Assembly (NCBI GenBank): GCA_046328855.1
Contig: JAXLVU010000005.1
Location: forward strand, 89,490-153,489
Reading direction: 5' to 3'
Origin: Anaerolineales bacterium
GTDB lineage: Bacteria > Chloroflexota > Anaerolineae > Anaerolineales > Villigracilaceae
Length of the DNA: 64,000 nucleotides
The number at the start of each line of letters is the position of its first letter. The stretch's first letter is position 1. Under the pieces are notes generated by a model that saw only the letters and a program-made list of their open reading frames with translations, did not search any database and was not told the origin of the DNA. The position numbers were made by a program, and so were the translations under genes. Below, one piece after another: positions 47,790 through 56,618 of the stretch.

Positions 47790-49433
47790 TTATCCAATAT
47801 GTTCGGGTACTAAATTCATCTCACACACGCCCGTCGGGCAACTGCCTAAGCGGATGTGTGCTTCTACTTCGGTACGAAAATGCTTGAGCATGTCGCGGAT
47901 CGGAACGGTGGCGGTCTGCCCAAGCCCACAATTTGAGGCGCGTTCCATTTCCGCGATCAATGTTTGCAGTGTATCCAAGTCATCCAGTTTGCCCTGTCCC
48001 TTCGAGATGCGATCCACGATCTCGTACGAGCGTTGGGTGCCCACACGGCAGGGTGTGCATTTGCCGCAGGACTCAAAGCGGAAGAATTGCAACAGCACTT
48101 TGACCAGGTCCACGATGCAGGTGTTCTGGTCGCAGATGAGAAGCGCGCCAGAGCCAAGCGAAACGCCTGCCTTGCGGAAAGATTTAAAATCCATCGGAAC
48201 ATCACGCAGGGAAGCCGGGATGATCGAGCCGCTGCTACCGCCGGTTTGGGCGAGTTTTAGCACGCTGCCGGGTTTCATCCCTTTGGCGTAGATGTTGATG
48301 ACCTCGCGCAAAGTGATGCCCATTGGCACTTCGATCACGCCGCTAAAGTTGACGTTGCCCATGATGGTGTAAACCTTCGTGCCCGGGCTGGAGGGCGTGC
48401 CGAACGAGCGATACCACTCCGCGCCGTTGCGCAAAATGGCAGGGATGTTCGCCAGCGTCTCCACGTTGTTGACCGTGGTGGGTTTATTCCATAAGCCACG
48501 CGTCACCGGGTAGGGTGGGCGGGGACGGGGTTCTCCGCGCTTGCCTTCGATGGACTCGATCAGCGCAGTCTCTTCGCCGCAGACGTACGCGCCTGCGCCA
48601 GCATGCACATGAATGTGAAAGTTAAAGTTCGTGTTGAAAATATTTTTGCCGAGGAAACCAAATTCCTCCGCCTGTTCAATCGCATGTTGCAGACGGCGAT
48701 AGGCATGACCATATTCGCCGCGAATGTAAATGTAGCCTTCGTCCGCGCCGACGGCGTAACCCGTAATTGCCATCGCTTCGAGGATTGCATGCGGGTCACC
48801 TTCGAGCACGATGCGGTCTTTGAACGTGCCCGGTTCGCTTTCATCGGCATTGCAGATGACATATTTCTCTTCACCTTTTGCCGCGCGCACAAATTTCCAT
48901 TTGCGCCCCGTCAAAAAGCCTGCGCCGCCGCGTCCTTGCAAGCCAGATTTTTCAACGACATCGATCACTTGTTCCGGCGTCATGTCGCTCAGCACTTTGC
49001 CAAGCGCTTCATAACCGTTGTGAGCGATCGCATCTTCAATGTTCTCGGGGTCAATGCGCCCGGCACGCTCGAGGACGATCCGCTGCTCCGATGGGTTGTA
49101 TCCTTTATGAGCGCGGAGAGAACCGATCTGTCCCGTCAACTGTTTGGGCGGGGCAAGCAAATCCTCAGCAACGCGTCCCTTGTAAAGATGTTCTTCCACC
49201 AAATAACGCGCATCGCCCGGCTTGACCGGTCCATACACTGCGGCTTCGGGGTACACCACAACAATTGGAAGGATATTTGTCCGCTCGATATCTTGGATCT
49301 CGGCGATATCGACTTCATCTTGCAATTGATACGCTTCCAACGCCTCTTTCAGATTTTCGAGTAGTTCGCTCGCTCCGAGCCTCATACTCTCTGGATCCGT
49401 GGAGACCAACATCATGGCACGTTTTGTTTTCAT
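47790..49433 (-). CDS. NuoF/HoxF flavoprotein, copy 2 (non-bifurcating-type signature)
   Basis: GRGGAGF, NADESEPGTFKD, ESCGKCTPCRVG; no C-terminal 2x[4Fe-4S]; Cys-less N-terminal thioredoxin-like domain. Confidence 0.92.
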   Translation of the reverse strand: MKTKRAMMLVSTDPESMRLGASELLENLKEALEAYQLQDEVDIAEIQDIERTNILPIVVVYPEAAVYGPVKPGDARYLVEEHLYKGRVAEDLLAPPKQLTGQIGSLRAHKGYNPSEQRIVLERAGRIDPENIEDAIAHNGYEALGKVLSDMTPEQVIDVVEKSGLQGRGGAGFLTGRKWKFVRAAKGEEKYVICNADESEPGTFKDRIVLEGDPHAILEAMAITGYAVGADEGYIYIRGEYGHAYRRLQHAIEQAEEFGFLGKNIFNTNFNFHIHVHAGAGAYVCGEETALIESIEGKRGEPRPRPPYPVTRGLWNKPTTVNNVETLANIPAILRNGAEWYRSFGTPSSPGTKVYTIMGNVNFSGVIEVPMGITLREVINIYAKGMKPGSVLKLAQTGGSSGSIIPASLRDVPMDFKSFRKAGVSLGSGALLICDQNTCIVDLVKVLLQFFRFESCGKCTPCRVGTQRSYEIVDRISKGQGKLDDLDTLQTLIAEMERASNCGLGQTATVPIRDMLKHFRTEVEAHIRLGSCPTGVCEMNLVPEHIG

Positions 49434-49442
49434 GGCTGGCTC

Positions 49443-49934
49443 CTATTCGTAACGTTCCAAAATTTCGGGTAGTTGTTCGACAGTGACGTTTCCGTACATG
49501 TCATCGTCAATCAACAATACAGGACCCACACTGCATAAACCGATACACGATGTGGTGACAAGCGTCCACTTTTTATCGGGCGTGGTTTCGCCATTTTCGA
49601 GATCTAGCGTTTCGCGCAAGGCATCCCAGATGGCTTTGCCGCCCACGACATGACACGGCGCATTCTCACAGAACTTGATGACGTGTCGTCCGCGCGGCTG
49701 GGTGGAGAGCATGTCGTAGAAACTCGCCAGCCCGTACAACTGTCCCTGTGAGACGAAACTGCCATCCTGATTGATCTGCACTTTCACTTCGCGAATGGCT
49801 TCGGCAGGGATGTACCCCAGCACATGATTGATCTCGCTGAGGATTGGGATAAACGCATCACGCCCACGTCCATGCTTTTCAATGGCTTCCTGAACGACTT
49901 CCTTGATTTCACGTTCTACCGCTGGAGCGTACAT
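49443..49934 (-). CDS. NuoE/HoxE [2Fe-2S] subunit, copy 2
   Basis: CENAPC...CIGLC. Confidence 0.92.
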   Translation of the reverse strand: MYAPAVEREIKEVVQEAIEKHGRGRDAFIPILSEINHVLGYIPAEAIREVKVQINQDGSFVSQGQLYGLASFYDMLSTQPRGRHVIKFCENAPCHVVGGKAIWDALRETLDLENGETTPDKKWTLVTTSCIGLCSVGPVLLIDDDMYGNVTVEQLPEILERYE

Positions 49935-49948
49935 TCAACCTCCGATAA

Positions 49949-51733
49949 TTACGAAAGAACCGAGACCGCGTTGAAATTACAAACTTGCATACAAATGCCG
50001 CAACGAATGCATTTGTTGATATCGATAGCATGTGCCTGTCTGCGTTCACCGCTGATGGCTTCCACTGGGCAGTTCCTCGCGCAGACCGTACAACCGGTAC
50101 AAGTTGGTGCCTGAATTTCAAAGTGGATCAAATTACGGCAGACCTTTGCCGGGCATTTCTTTTCATACACATGCGCCTCATACTCATGGCGGAAGTGTTT
50201 GAGCGTGCTCAAGACTGGGTTGGGAGCACCTTGTCCCAAACCGCATAAACTATTTTTAGCAACTTCATGGCACAGGTCTTCGAGTTTTTCAATGTCGCCA
50301 TGTTCGCCTTTGCCGTCGCAAATTTTCTGCAGCAGTTCCAGAATACGACGTGTTCCCACGCGGCAAGGCGTACACTTCCCGCAGGATTCCGCTTGCGTAA
50401 AGTCCATGAAGAAGCGGGCAATGTCCACCATGCAGGATGTTTCATCCATCACCACCAGACCGCCCGAGCCCATCATCGAACCGGCTTGGGTCAGTGCTTC
50501 GTAATCGAGCGGCAGGTCCAGATGTTCAGCGGTGAGACATCCGCCCATCGGTCCGCCCGTTTGTACGGCTTTATATTGCCTGCCGTCTTTGATTCCGCCC
50601 GCTACATCAAAGATAATTTCGCGCAAGGTGATTCCCATCGGCACTTCGATCAGACCCGGCTTGGCAACATTGCCGCCGACCGCAAAGGTCTTCGTGCCTT
50701 TGGATCGTTCGGTGCCCATGCTGGCGTACCAGTCCGCGCCTTTGAGGATGATTTGCGGCACATTGGCATACGTTTCTACATTATTGTTATTCGATGGCTT
50801 GCCCCAAACGCCCTTTACCGAAGGGAATGGGGGACGGGGACGCGGCTCTCCGCGCTGCCCCATGATCGATGCCATCAGAGCAGTTTCTTCGCCGCAAACG
50901 AATGCTCCCGCGCCAACGCGCACTTCCAAGTCGAAGTTGAAATCGGTACCGAGGATGTCGTTTCCCAAAAAGCCAAACTCACGCGCTTGGGCAATTGCCA
51001 CATTGAGTGTTTCCACCGCCAGCGGATATTCCGCACGGCAGTAGATATAGCCATAATTTGCGCCAACCGCATACGCGCCGATGATCATGCCTTCAATGAC
51101 CGAATGCGGATCACCTTCGAGTACACGGCGATTCATGAAAGCGCCCGGGTCACCTTCATCAGCATTGCAGACCATATACTTGATGTCACCCGGAACCTGA
51201 CGAGTGAGTCCCCATTTTCGCCCAGCAGGGAAGCCCGCGCCGCCACGTCCGCGCAGACCGGATTTGGTCACTTCTTCAATGACCTGTTCTGGCTTCATCT
51301 CGCCGATGACTTTTCCAAGTGCTTGGTAGCCATCCACAGCAAGATAATCTTCGATGTTCATCGGGTCGATCTCGCCGCAGTTGCGCAGCACCACACGCAC
51401 TTCCTTCGGGCGCAGCGGACCTAACTCTTCATCAACGATCGCTTTATGAACTTCGCGGAACTTCTCAACAATGCGCCCTTTTAGAAAATGTTCTTCCACC
51501 AAAAACGGCACATCGTCCGCGGTCATGCCGACGTAATGCACGCCTTCGGGGTAGACCATCATTTCGGGTCCATCTGAGCAACTTCCGATGCGTGAGGTTT
51601 CGAGGACTTGAATTTCGTCTAAAAGTCCCTGCGCAACAAGTTCATCTTGCAAAGCATCTACAACATCATGAGCGCCTTTCGCCAGGCACTCCGGGTCAGC
51701 ACATACTAAAATATGAGATCGATAAAAAGGCAT
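49949..51733 (-). CDS. HydB/NuoF flavoprotein, copy 1 (bifurcating-type signature)
   Basis: NADEGDPGAFM, ESCGKCTPCRVG, C-terminal CTGCTVCARNCP and CIRCGICMQVC. Confidence 0.93.
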   Translation of the reverse strand: MPFYRSHILVCADPECLAKGAHDVVDALQDELVAQGLLDEIQVLETSRIGSCSDGPEMMVYPEGVHYVGMTADDVPFLVEEHFLKGRIVEKFREVHKAIVDEELGPLRPKEVRVVLRNCGEIDPMNIEDYLAVDGYQALGKVIGEMKPEQVIEEVTKSGLRGRGGAGFPAGRKWGLTRQVPGDIKYMVCNADEGDPGAFMNRRVLEGDPHSVIEGMIIGAYAVGANYGYIYCRAEYPLAVETLNVAIAQAREFGFLGNDILGTDFNFDLEVRVGAGAFVCGEETALMASIMGQRGEPRPRPPFPSVKGVWGKPSNNNNVETYANVPQIILKGADWYASMGTERSKGTKTFAVGGNVAKPGLIEVPMGITLREIIFDVAGGIKDGRQYKAVQTGGPMGGCLTAEHLDLPLDYEALTQAGSMMGSGGLVVMDETSCMVDIARFFMDFTQAESCGKCTPCRVGTRRILELLQKICDGKGEHGDIEKLEDLCHEVAKNSLCGLGQGAPNPVLSTLKHFRHEYEAHVYEKKCPAKVCRNLIHFEIQAPTCTGCTVCARNCPVEAISGERRQAHAIDINKCIRCGICMQVCNFNAVSVLS

Positions 51734-51749
51734 TAGTTACTCCAGAGAA

Positions 51750-51779
51750 AGAGTCAAAAGGGTAAGTCCCTTTGACTCT
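51750..51779. other. Intra-operon hairpin between the ferredoxin and hydB genes
   Basis: AGAGTCAAAAGGG / CCCTTTGACTCT. Confidence 0.6.
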
Positions 51780-51783
51780 GAAA

Positions 51784-52152
51784 TTAGATGGGCAAAACGT
51801 AATCTTTCAAAGGCGTTCCATGTTGCACATGTTGCTTCATGATCTGACCGGCAACTTCCGCGTTGACTTTTCCATAGGTTACCTTGGCTGAATCACCCAC
51901 GACGACCTGCACAATGGGCTCTTGCTCGCACATGCCCATGCACCCGGTTTGGGTTACGGTCACACCGCTCAGTTTTTCGGCTTCGATGAAATTCAAAATG
52001 CTTTTCATCGTGTCGCGTGCACCGGCGGCGATTCCACACGTGCCCATCGCTACGATCACCTGAATCTGACCGGGAGCGGCTTTCATTTGTTTCTTGGCAA
52101 GCGCTTCTTCGCGAACGCGCTTCAGTTCTTCCAACGATTTAATGGCTGGCAT
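51784..52152 (-). CDS. Thioredoxin-like (2Fe-2S) ferredoxin, HndB/HydD-like
   Basis: MGTCGIAAGAR, TGCMGMCEQEP. Confidence 0.9.
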   Translation of the reverse strand: MPAIKSLEELKRVREEALAKKQMKAAPGQIQVIVAMGTCGIAAGARDTMKSILNFIEAEKLSGVTVTQTGCMGMCEQEPIVQVVVGDSAKVTYGKVNAEVAGQIMKQHVQHGTPLKDYVLPI

Positions 52153-52163
52153 GGTTACTCCTC

Positions 52164-52733
52164 TCAATATTCAATCTGCGGCGTGAGCGCTTGAATGCCT
52201 TCTTCGATCATGCCACGTAGAATTTTCAACACATCCGGCTCGGTCAGTGGGGTATCACCGAGCACCGATTTGATTTCTATATCATCCAGCTCGAACGATT
52301 TCATCGAGCCATCTTTTGCTGTAATCTCATACTTGAATGCCCAATGAATATGCGGGTATGAAATTAACAAGGTCAGGAAAGTGGTTCCGACGTCACCAAG
52401 TGGCATGCGGTCAATATGACTGTGACGAAACGACGCCTCGATACGCGTGCCTTTGCCGGGTTCTGTTTCCAGGCTTAAGCCACCCTCGGTCTGTTCAGCC
52501 GCCAACTTCAAGAGCGGAATTCCCAGCCCGACTTTTCGCGTGGTGCGCGTGGTGTAGAACGGATCAATTACATGTTTGGCAGTTTCTGCATCCATGCCTC
52601 TGCCGTCATCTTTTACTGAGACTTTGAGCAGATCGTTTTGCAAGTCTTCCACTACATCAATCTGAATACTTCGGCTTTCCGCCGCAACACTGTTTTCAGC
52701 AATATCCAAAAGATGCAGAGCGATCTCGCGCAT
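52164..52733 (-). CDS. Stand-alone HATPase_c protein typical of hyd/hnd operons
   Basis: MREIALHLLDIAENS, DDGRGM, DPFYTTRTTRKVGLG, HIDRMPLG. Confidence 0.9.
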   Translation of the reverse strand: MREIALHLLDIAENSVAAESRSIQIDVVEDLQNDLLKVSVKDDGRGMDAETAKHVIDPFYTTRTTRKVGLGIPLLKLAAEQTEGGLSLETEPGKGTRIEASFRHSHIDRMPLGDVGTTFLTLLISYPHIHWAFKYEITAKDGSMKSFELDDIEIKSVLGDTPLTEPDVLKILRGMIEEGIQALTPQIEY

Positions 52734-52735
52734 GG

Positions 52736-53245
52736 TTAACCTTGAACCTTCTTCAATACCTGTGGAAACTTGTTCGGGCGCAATTTGCCTTGCACTTCTT
52801 CGTTGACCACCACCACAGGTGCCTGACTGCATGCGCCCACACAGCGGCATTCTTCAAGCGTGATCTGCCCGTCGGGAGTCGTGTCACCGAGTTCAATGTT
52901 CAACATCTGTTTGGCTTTTTCCACCAGTTGCGGAGTGCCTGCTACATAGCAAGCTGTTCCCAAACAGAATTTGATGGTGTGCTTGCCGCGCGGCTTAGTC
53001 TTGAAAAAAGAATAGAACGTCACCACGCCGTGGACTTGCCCGAGCGGGACGTTCAAATTCTGTGCGATGTACACCTGCATGCAAGGGGAGACGTGCCCGA
53101 TCTTCGATTGCACTTCGTTCAGCACGAGCATGACCGCACCCGGGCGGTCTTTGTTCTCGGCAATGGCTTTGTCGATCAAGGGCTTTAAGTCTTCAGATTT
53201 AAGTGGGTCGTTCGCGGGGATGTCTTTCAATGCTCTTGTTGTCAT
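52736..53245 (-). CDS. NuoE/HydC [2Fe-2S] subunit, copy 1
   Basis: VVTFYSFF, CLGTAC...CVGAC. Confidence 0.93.
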   Translation of the reverse strand: MTTRALKDIPANDPLKSEDLKPLIDKAIAENKDRPGAVMLVLNEVQSKIGHVSPCMQVYIAQNLNVPLGQVHGVVTFYSFFKTKPRGKHTIKFCLGTACYVAGTPQLVEKAKQMLNIELGDTTPDGQITLEECRCVGACSQAPVVVVNEEVQGKLRPNKFPQVLKKVQG

Positions 53246-53264
53246 AAGTCGCCTTAATAAAGTA

Positions 53265-53282
53265 TTGTGATAATTTTCACAA
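53265..53282. promoter_or_regulatory. Rex-type operator
   Basis: TTGTGATAATTTTCACAA vs consensus TTGTGAA-N4-TTCACAA (one mismatch), between the -10 and the hydC start. Confidence 0.75.
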
Positions 53283-53286
53283 ATAT

Positions 53287-53315
53287 AGTTTACATGACCA
53301 TGTCAAATCAGTCAA
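53287..53315 (-). promoter_or_regulatory. Sigma70-type promoter of the hydrogenase structural operon
   Basis: Reverse strand TTGACT-N17-TAAACT. Confidence 0.6.
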
Positions 53316-53364
53316 TGAAGGATGTCACATGATGAATATGTAAATTATCTGTCAATTAAATCGA

Positions 53365-54099
53365 TTACATTCGTAGTTTTCTGCTATTTTCCGCCCTTAA
53401 TGCCATTTGAATCTCAGAAAGGGTAGGTGCTTCGAGCTCAAAAAATGTGCTGCCTAAAAATTCAGAAAGTCGATGAACGTCGCCTGATTGGATAACCGGC
53501 AGCCGTTTCGATGAGGGGAATTTTTGGTACAGCATCTCTCGGGTGATGTGGCGGGAAATTTCTAAAGCAGGGAAGTGCCACCAGTCTGCAAGGAAGCCAA
53601 GTGTAGGGAATAAGCCAAAGGAGGGACGGTCTACATGAGCTGGGATAACAATGCCATTCAACGTATTGACGAGTTCAATGATTTCTTCGATAGAGAATTT
53701 TGTAGCTGTGAGCAAGAGCCGCGGCTCTGTGCGGATGTATTCGCCTTGTTCATCGACTATAAATTGTTCACCAAGGTGATCGGCAGGATTCAATTCATCG
53801 GGGAGGGCAAGGTCAACTTGGTGTTGCCAGGCTTCGAGGTCCGCAAGAGAGGCGAAGAGACAAAGCAGATGGACATCTTCATGCGATTGGACTTCCATAC
53901 CGGGCAATACGGTCAGCCCAGTTCCATCTGCCGCCTTTTGGACAGCGCCTACGTTCGCGCTGGCGTTATGGTCGGTGATGGCGATGATATCGATGTGATG
54001 CTCAAGCGCCTCTTGCACGATGAGAGGCGGAATCATCTCCACTTCTGCGCAGGGGGAGAGGACGGTGTGAACGTGCAGGTCTGCACAAAAAGATTTCAT
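53365..54099 (-). CDS. PHP-domain phosphoesterase
   Basis: DLHVHT.LSPC, ITDHN, PAHVDR, SGDVH. Confidence 0.92.
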   Translation of the reverse strand: MKSFCADLHVHTVLSPCAEVEMIPPLIVQEALEHHIDIIAITDHNASANVGAVQKAADGTGLTVLPGMEVQSHEDVHLLCLFASLADLEAWQHQVDLALPDELNPADHLGEQFIVDEQGEYIRTEPRLLLTATKFSIEEIIELVNTLNGIVIPAHVDRPSFGLFPTLGFLADWWHFPALEISRHITREMLYQKFPSSKRLPVIQSGDVHRLSEFLGSTFFELEAPTLSEIQMALRAENSRKLRM

Positions 54100-54101
54100 A
54101 C

Positions 54102-54440
54102 TTAACGCAAGTTCAAATCCCAGAGGGCGCCGCAGATCTCATAGCTTGCTTTTTCTGTCGATAGCAAAATGACGCCTTGTTCATTGGCTTTGGCAATGGT
54201 GGCTTCATCGGGTTGGGCATTTTCGGTGATGATGACGGCTGAGACTTCAAGCATGGCTGCGACAGCGACGATGTTCATATGAGCCTGTAATGTGACCCAG
54301 ATGTTGCTGTTCTTTGCGCCTGCCATAACACATGAAAGCAAGTCAGATGTGTAGCCGCCTTTGGGAGTAATGGATGAAAAATCACGCGGCTCGGTAAGGA
54401 TATTGAGTTGAAGATTTTCAATGACGGTTTGAAGATTCAT
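54102..54440 (-). CDS. DRTGG-domain protein
   Basis: SDLLSCVM, WVTLQAHMNIVAVA. Confidence 0.88.
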   Translation of the reverse strand: MNLQTVIENLQLNILTEPRDFSSITPKGGYTSDLLSCVMAGAKNSNIWVTLQAHMNIVAVAAMLEVSAVIITENAQPDEATIAKANEQGVILLSTEKASYEICGALWDLNLR

Positions 54441-54442
54441 AG

Positions 54443-55444
54443 TTATCCCTTCTTGCTATTAAGGCTTTCGGTTGGAACATTGATACGCATCGTGAGTTTT
54501 GTGCCTTTGCCAGCGGTTGATTCCAACTCCATTGAGTCTACGCAGCGTTTTATGTTGACCAACCCCATGCCTGCACCAAAGCCCATTTCACGCACTTTAT
54601 CTGTGGCGGTTGAATAGCCAGCTTGTTGTGCCTTTTGCACATCAGGAATGCCGGGGCCATCATCTGTGGTGATCAGGCTGATGCGATGTGGTTCCACCTC
54701 AAGTTTGAGAACGCCGCCATTGGTGGTGTGAATAATTAGATTCATCTCTGCTTCATAGGCAGCGATGCCGCAGCGCCGTGCCAGTTGTGCATCGGCACCG
54801 AGGCGAAGCAGGGCGCGCTTGATGTTGCTGGATGCATTGCCGCCATGCATAAAATCCCCAACTTTGATGTTGTATCGTAAGACAAGTGTAGTGCGGTCTG
54901 AAACAATATCGTCGAATAAGTGGCTGGCACGATATCGCCGGACTTCCTCTTCTTTGTAATCACGTTCTACAGCCAACAGAATGCCGCGTGTGATATCACC
55001 CTTGGTGATGATGCCCTCTAACTTTTGGTGTTCACCTACCACGGGTAAGCGCCCCAGCCTTTTTTCGCTGAATGTTTTTATTGCTTCAACAACACTGTCT
55101 GTAGCTTTGACGGTGACAAGGGTTGTGCTCATGTAGGCTTTAACTGGGAGCGATAAACCATTTGTTTGCAAAGCCCGTACAATATCTTCAAGACTAATAA
55201 CACCGATCAAGTTGCCGTCGCTGACGACGGGCAAACCAGAGATGCGGTTGACCCTCAAAAGCTCTAATGCGCTGGAAAGCGGCACATCCGATGTGGTTGT
55301 GATGACATTCTTGATCATCACTTCACGTACTTTCAAGTCATATGAAAGTTCCTCGATGCGATTGATCTCATGTGCATCGCGGTCTGTGAGCGGACGATGC
55401 CGCCCAAACTTTTCCTGTTCAGTCGGTTGCCTAGTCGGATCCAT
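54443..55444 (-). CDS. CBS pair fused to an RsbT-like HATPase (Ser/Thr kinase/anti-sigma)
   Basis: ISGLPVV and LGRLPVV CBS repeats; YEAEMNLIIH, DDGPGI, GYSTA..GFGAGMGL. Confidence 0.9.
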   Translation of the reverse strand: MDPTRQPTEQEKFGRHRPLTDRDAHEINRIEELSYDLKVREVMIKNVITTTSDVPLSSALELLRVNRISGLPVVSDGNLIGVISLEDIVRALQTNGLSLPVKAYMSTTLVTVKATDSVVEAIKTFSEKRLGRLPVVGEHQKLEGIITKGDITRGILLAVERDYKEEEVRRYRASHLFDDIVSDRTTLVLRYNIKVGDFMHGGNASSNIKRALLRLGADAQLARRCGIAAYEAEMNLIIHTTNGGVLKLEVEPHRISLITTDDGPGIPDVQKAQQAGYSTATDKVREMGFGAGMGLVNIKRCVDSMELESTAGKGTKLTMRINVPTESLNSKKG

Positions 55445-55796
55445 TGCCTTCGTAGCTTTTTAATCCTAAGTCATGAAGTTTTCCGCATAGTTCAAACATA
55501 CCCATTGGGCTTGTGATCAACGGAATGTTTTCTTGATTTGCGATATCGATTGTCTCTTGCTGAGGTCTCTTGCCGCGGATAAAAACGATCGCACGGAAAT
55601 CTGCCATTTGCGCGGTTCGGACTACCTGTGGGTTGGTCAGCCCGGTCAACAGCACTGCTCGCGGACGGCTGTATGCAAGCACATCGCTCATTAGGTCTGC
55701 ACAGCAACCACCATGGATATTTACATCAGTATTCAATTCTGGGGTTAATAATTCACCTTGTGCTATCACAATAATGTCTTTCAAGTTCATATTCAT
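55431..55796 (-). CDS. DRTGG-domain protein
   Basis: ADLMSDVL, LLTGLTNPQVVRTA, FIRGK. Confidence 0.88.
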   Translation of the reverse strand: MNMNLKDIIVIAQGELLTPELNTDVNIHGGCCADLMSDVLAYSRPRAVLLTGLTNPQVVRTAQMADFRAIVFIRGKRPQQETIDIANQENIPLITSPMGMFELCGKLHDLGLKSYEGNGSD

Positions 55797-55962
55797 ATAT
55801 AAAGATGATCCTTTTCGACTCTTATTAAAAACTCTCTTTTAGAATTATTCCCTACTTAGTCTGTTTAGGTAAGTTTCTTTTCTCACGCTCAGTAGGTGAC
55901 TATTGACCTGTTATGATAGTTTTTATAAATTAAAACGTAAAAGAAAACCGCTCAATGAGCGG

Positions 55963-56334
55963 TTACTTAAAGTCTTTTCTACGTTTTAGTTGTTTTTTTC
56001 TTTTGATTTTTTTTGATTGAATGGTTCCACTCAGGTTTGATTTGAACTTTTGATGTTGTACTAATAAACTTCGAAGATAAGCCAATCCAATAACAAGAAA
56101 AAATATTGAGATTATTAAAAGCGGGAAAGACTTGCTACTGTTGATAATACTTCCGACTGTTGTTGTAAAACCTAAAATGGTTAAGAAATAAGCGAAGAAC
56201 CAATCAAAAGCGTTTGGCTTAGAATTTTTATATATCCAATGTGGCTGATTGATTGGTATTGGGACTCTAGATCTTCCTTTTGGTATATAAAATTCTATTG
56301 GAGTTTCATCACTATTATTATCTTTCTTTGCCAT
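55963..56334 (-). CDS. AT-rich hypothetical 2-TM protein with basic C-terminus
   Basis: GAGGAG RBS, TAATG coupling to the upstream gene, two hydrophobic segments. Confidence 0.6.
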   Translation of the reverse strand: MAKKDNNSDETPIEFYIPKGRSRVPIPINQPHWIYKNSKPNAFDWFFAYFLTILGFTTTVGSIINSSKSFPLLIISIFFLVIGLAYLRSLLVQHQKFKSNLSGTIQSKKIKRKKQLKRRKDFK

Positions 56335-56618
56335 TACTCCTCGTTAGCATCTTGGGGACTTAAATAACTGTATTGGCTCCATAAAGCAGCCAAATGTTCA
56401 ATCTCTTTCTTCATGCGAGCAGCAGTTTTGTCTGAGTTACGGTGAACTTTGCAGAAGATATCTGGGTCTGCGAGAAAAGCGCCAAGGCAAGCCTCGGTGC
56501 AAAGCAAAATTTTCTTGCCTTTGTATTCAGCAAAAGGAAAATATTGCGGGTCGGTATCGCGGAAGATACGTCCGCACAGGGTGGCGAAGGCTTTGGGTTT
56601 CGCCCGTTCTTCACTCAT
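56334..56618 (-). CDS. YHS/TRASH-like small protein
   Basis: LCG...EYKGKKILLCTEACLGAFLADP. Confidence 0.7.
   Translation of the reverse strand: MSEERAKPKAFATLCGRIFRDTDPQYFPFAEYKGKKILLCTEACLGAFLADPDIFCKVHRNSDKTAARMKKEIEHLAALWSQYSYLSPQDANEE

Noticed and set aside
43923-51424. Long plus-strand ORFs (e.g. 50267-51424, 43923-44714, 48603-49364)
   Set aside because: Antisense shadows of GC-rich, codon-biased hydrogenase genes, with no recognisable motifs
47790-53245. Respiratory complex I nuoEFG
   Set aside because: No membrane nuo genes; context is hoxYH plus a maturation protease
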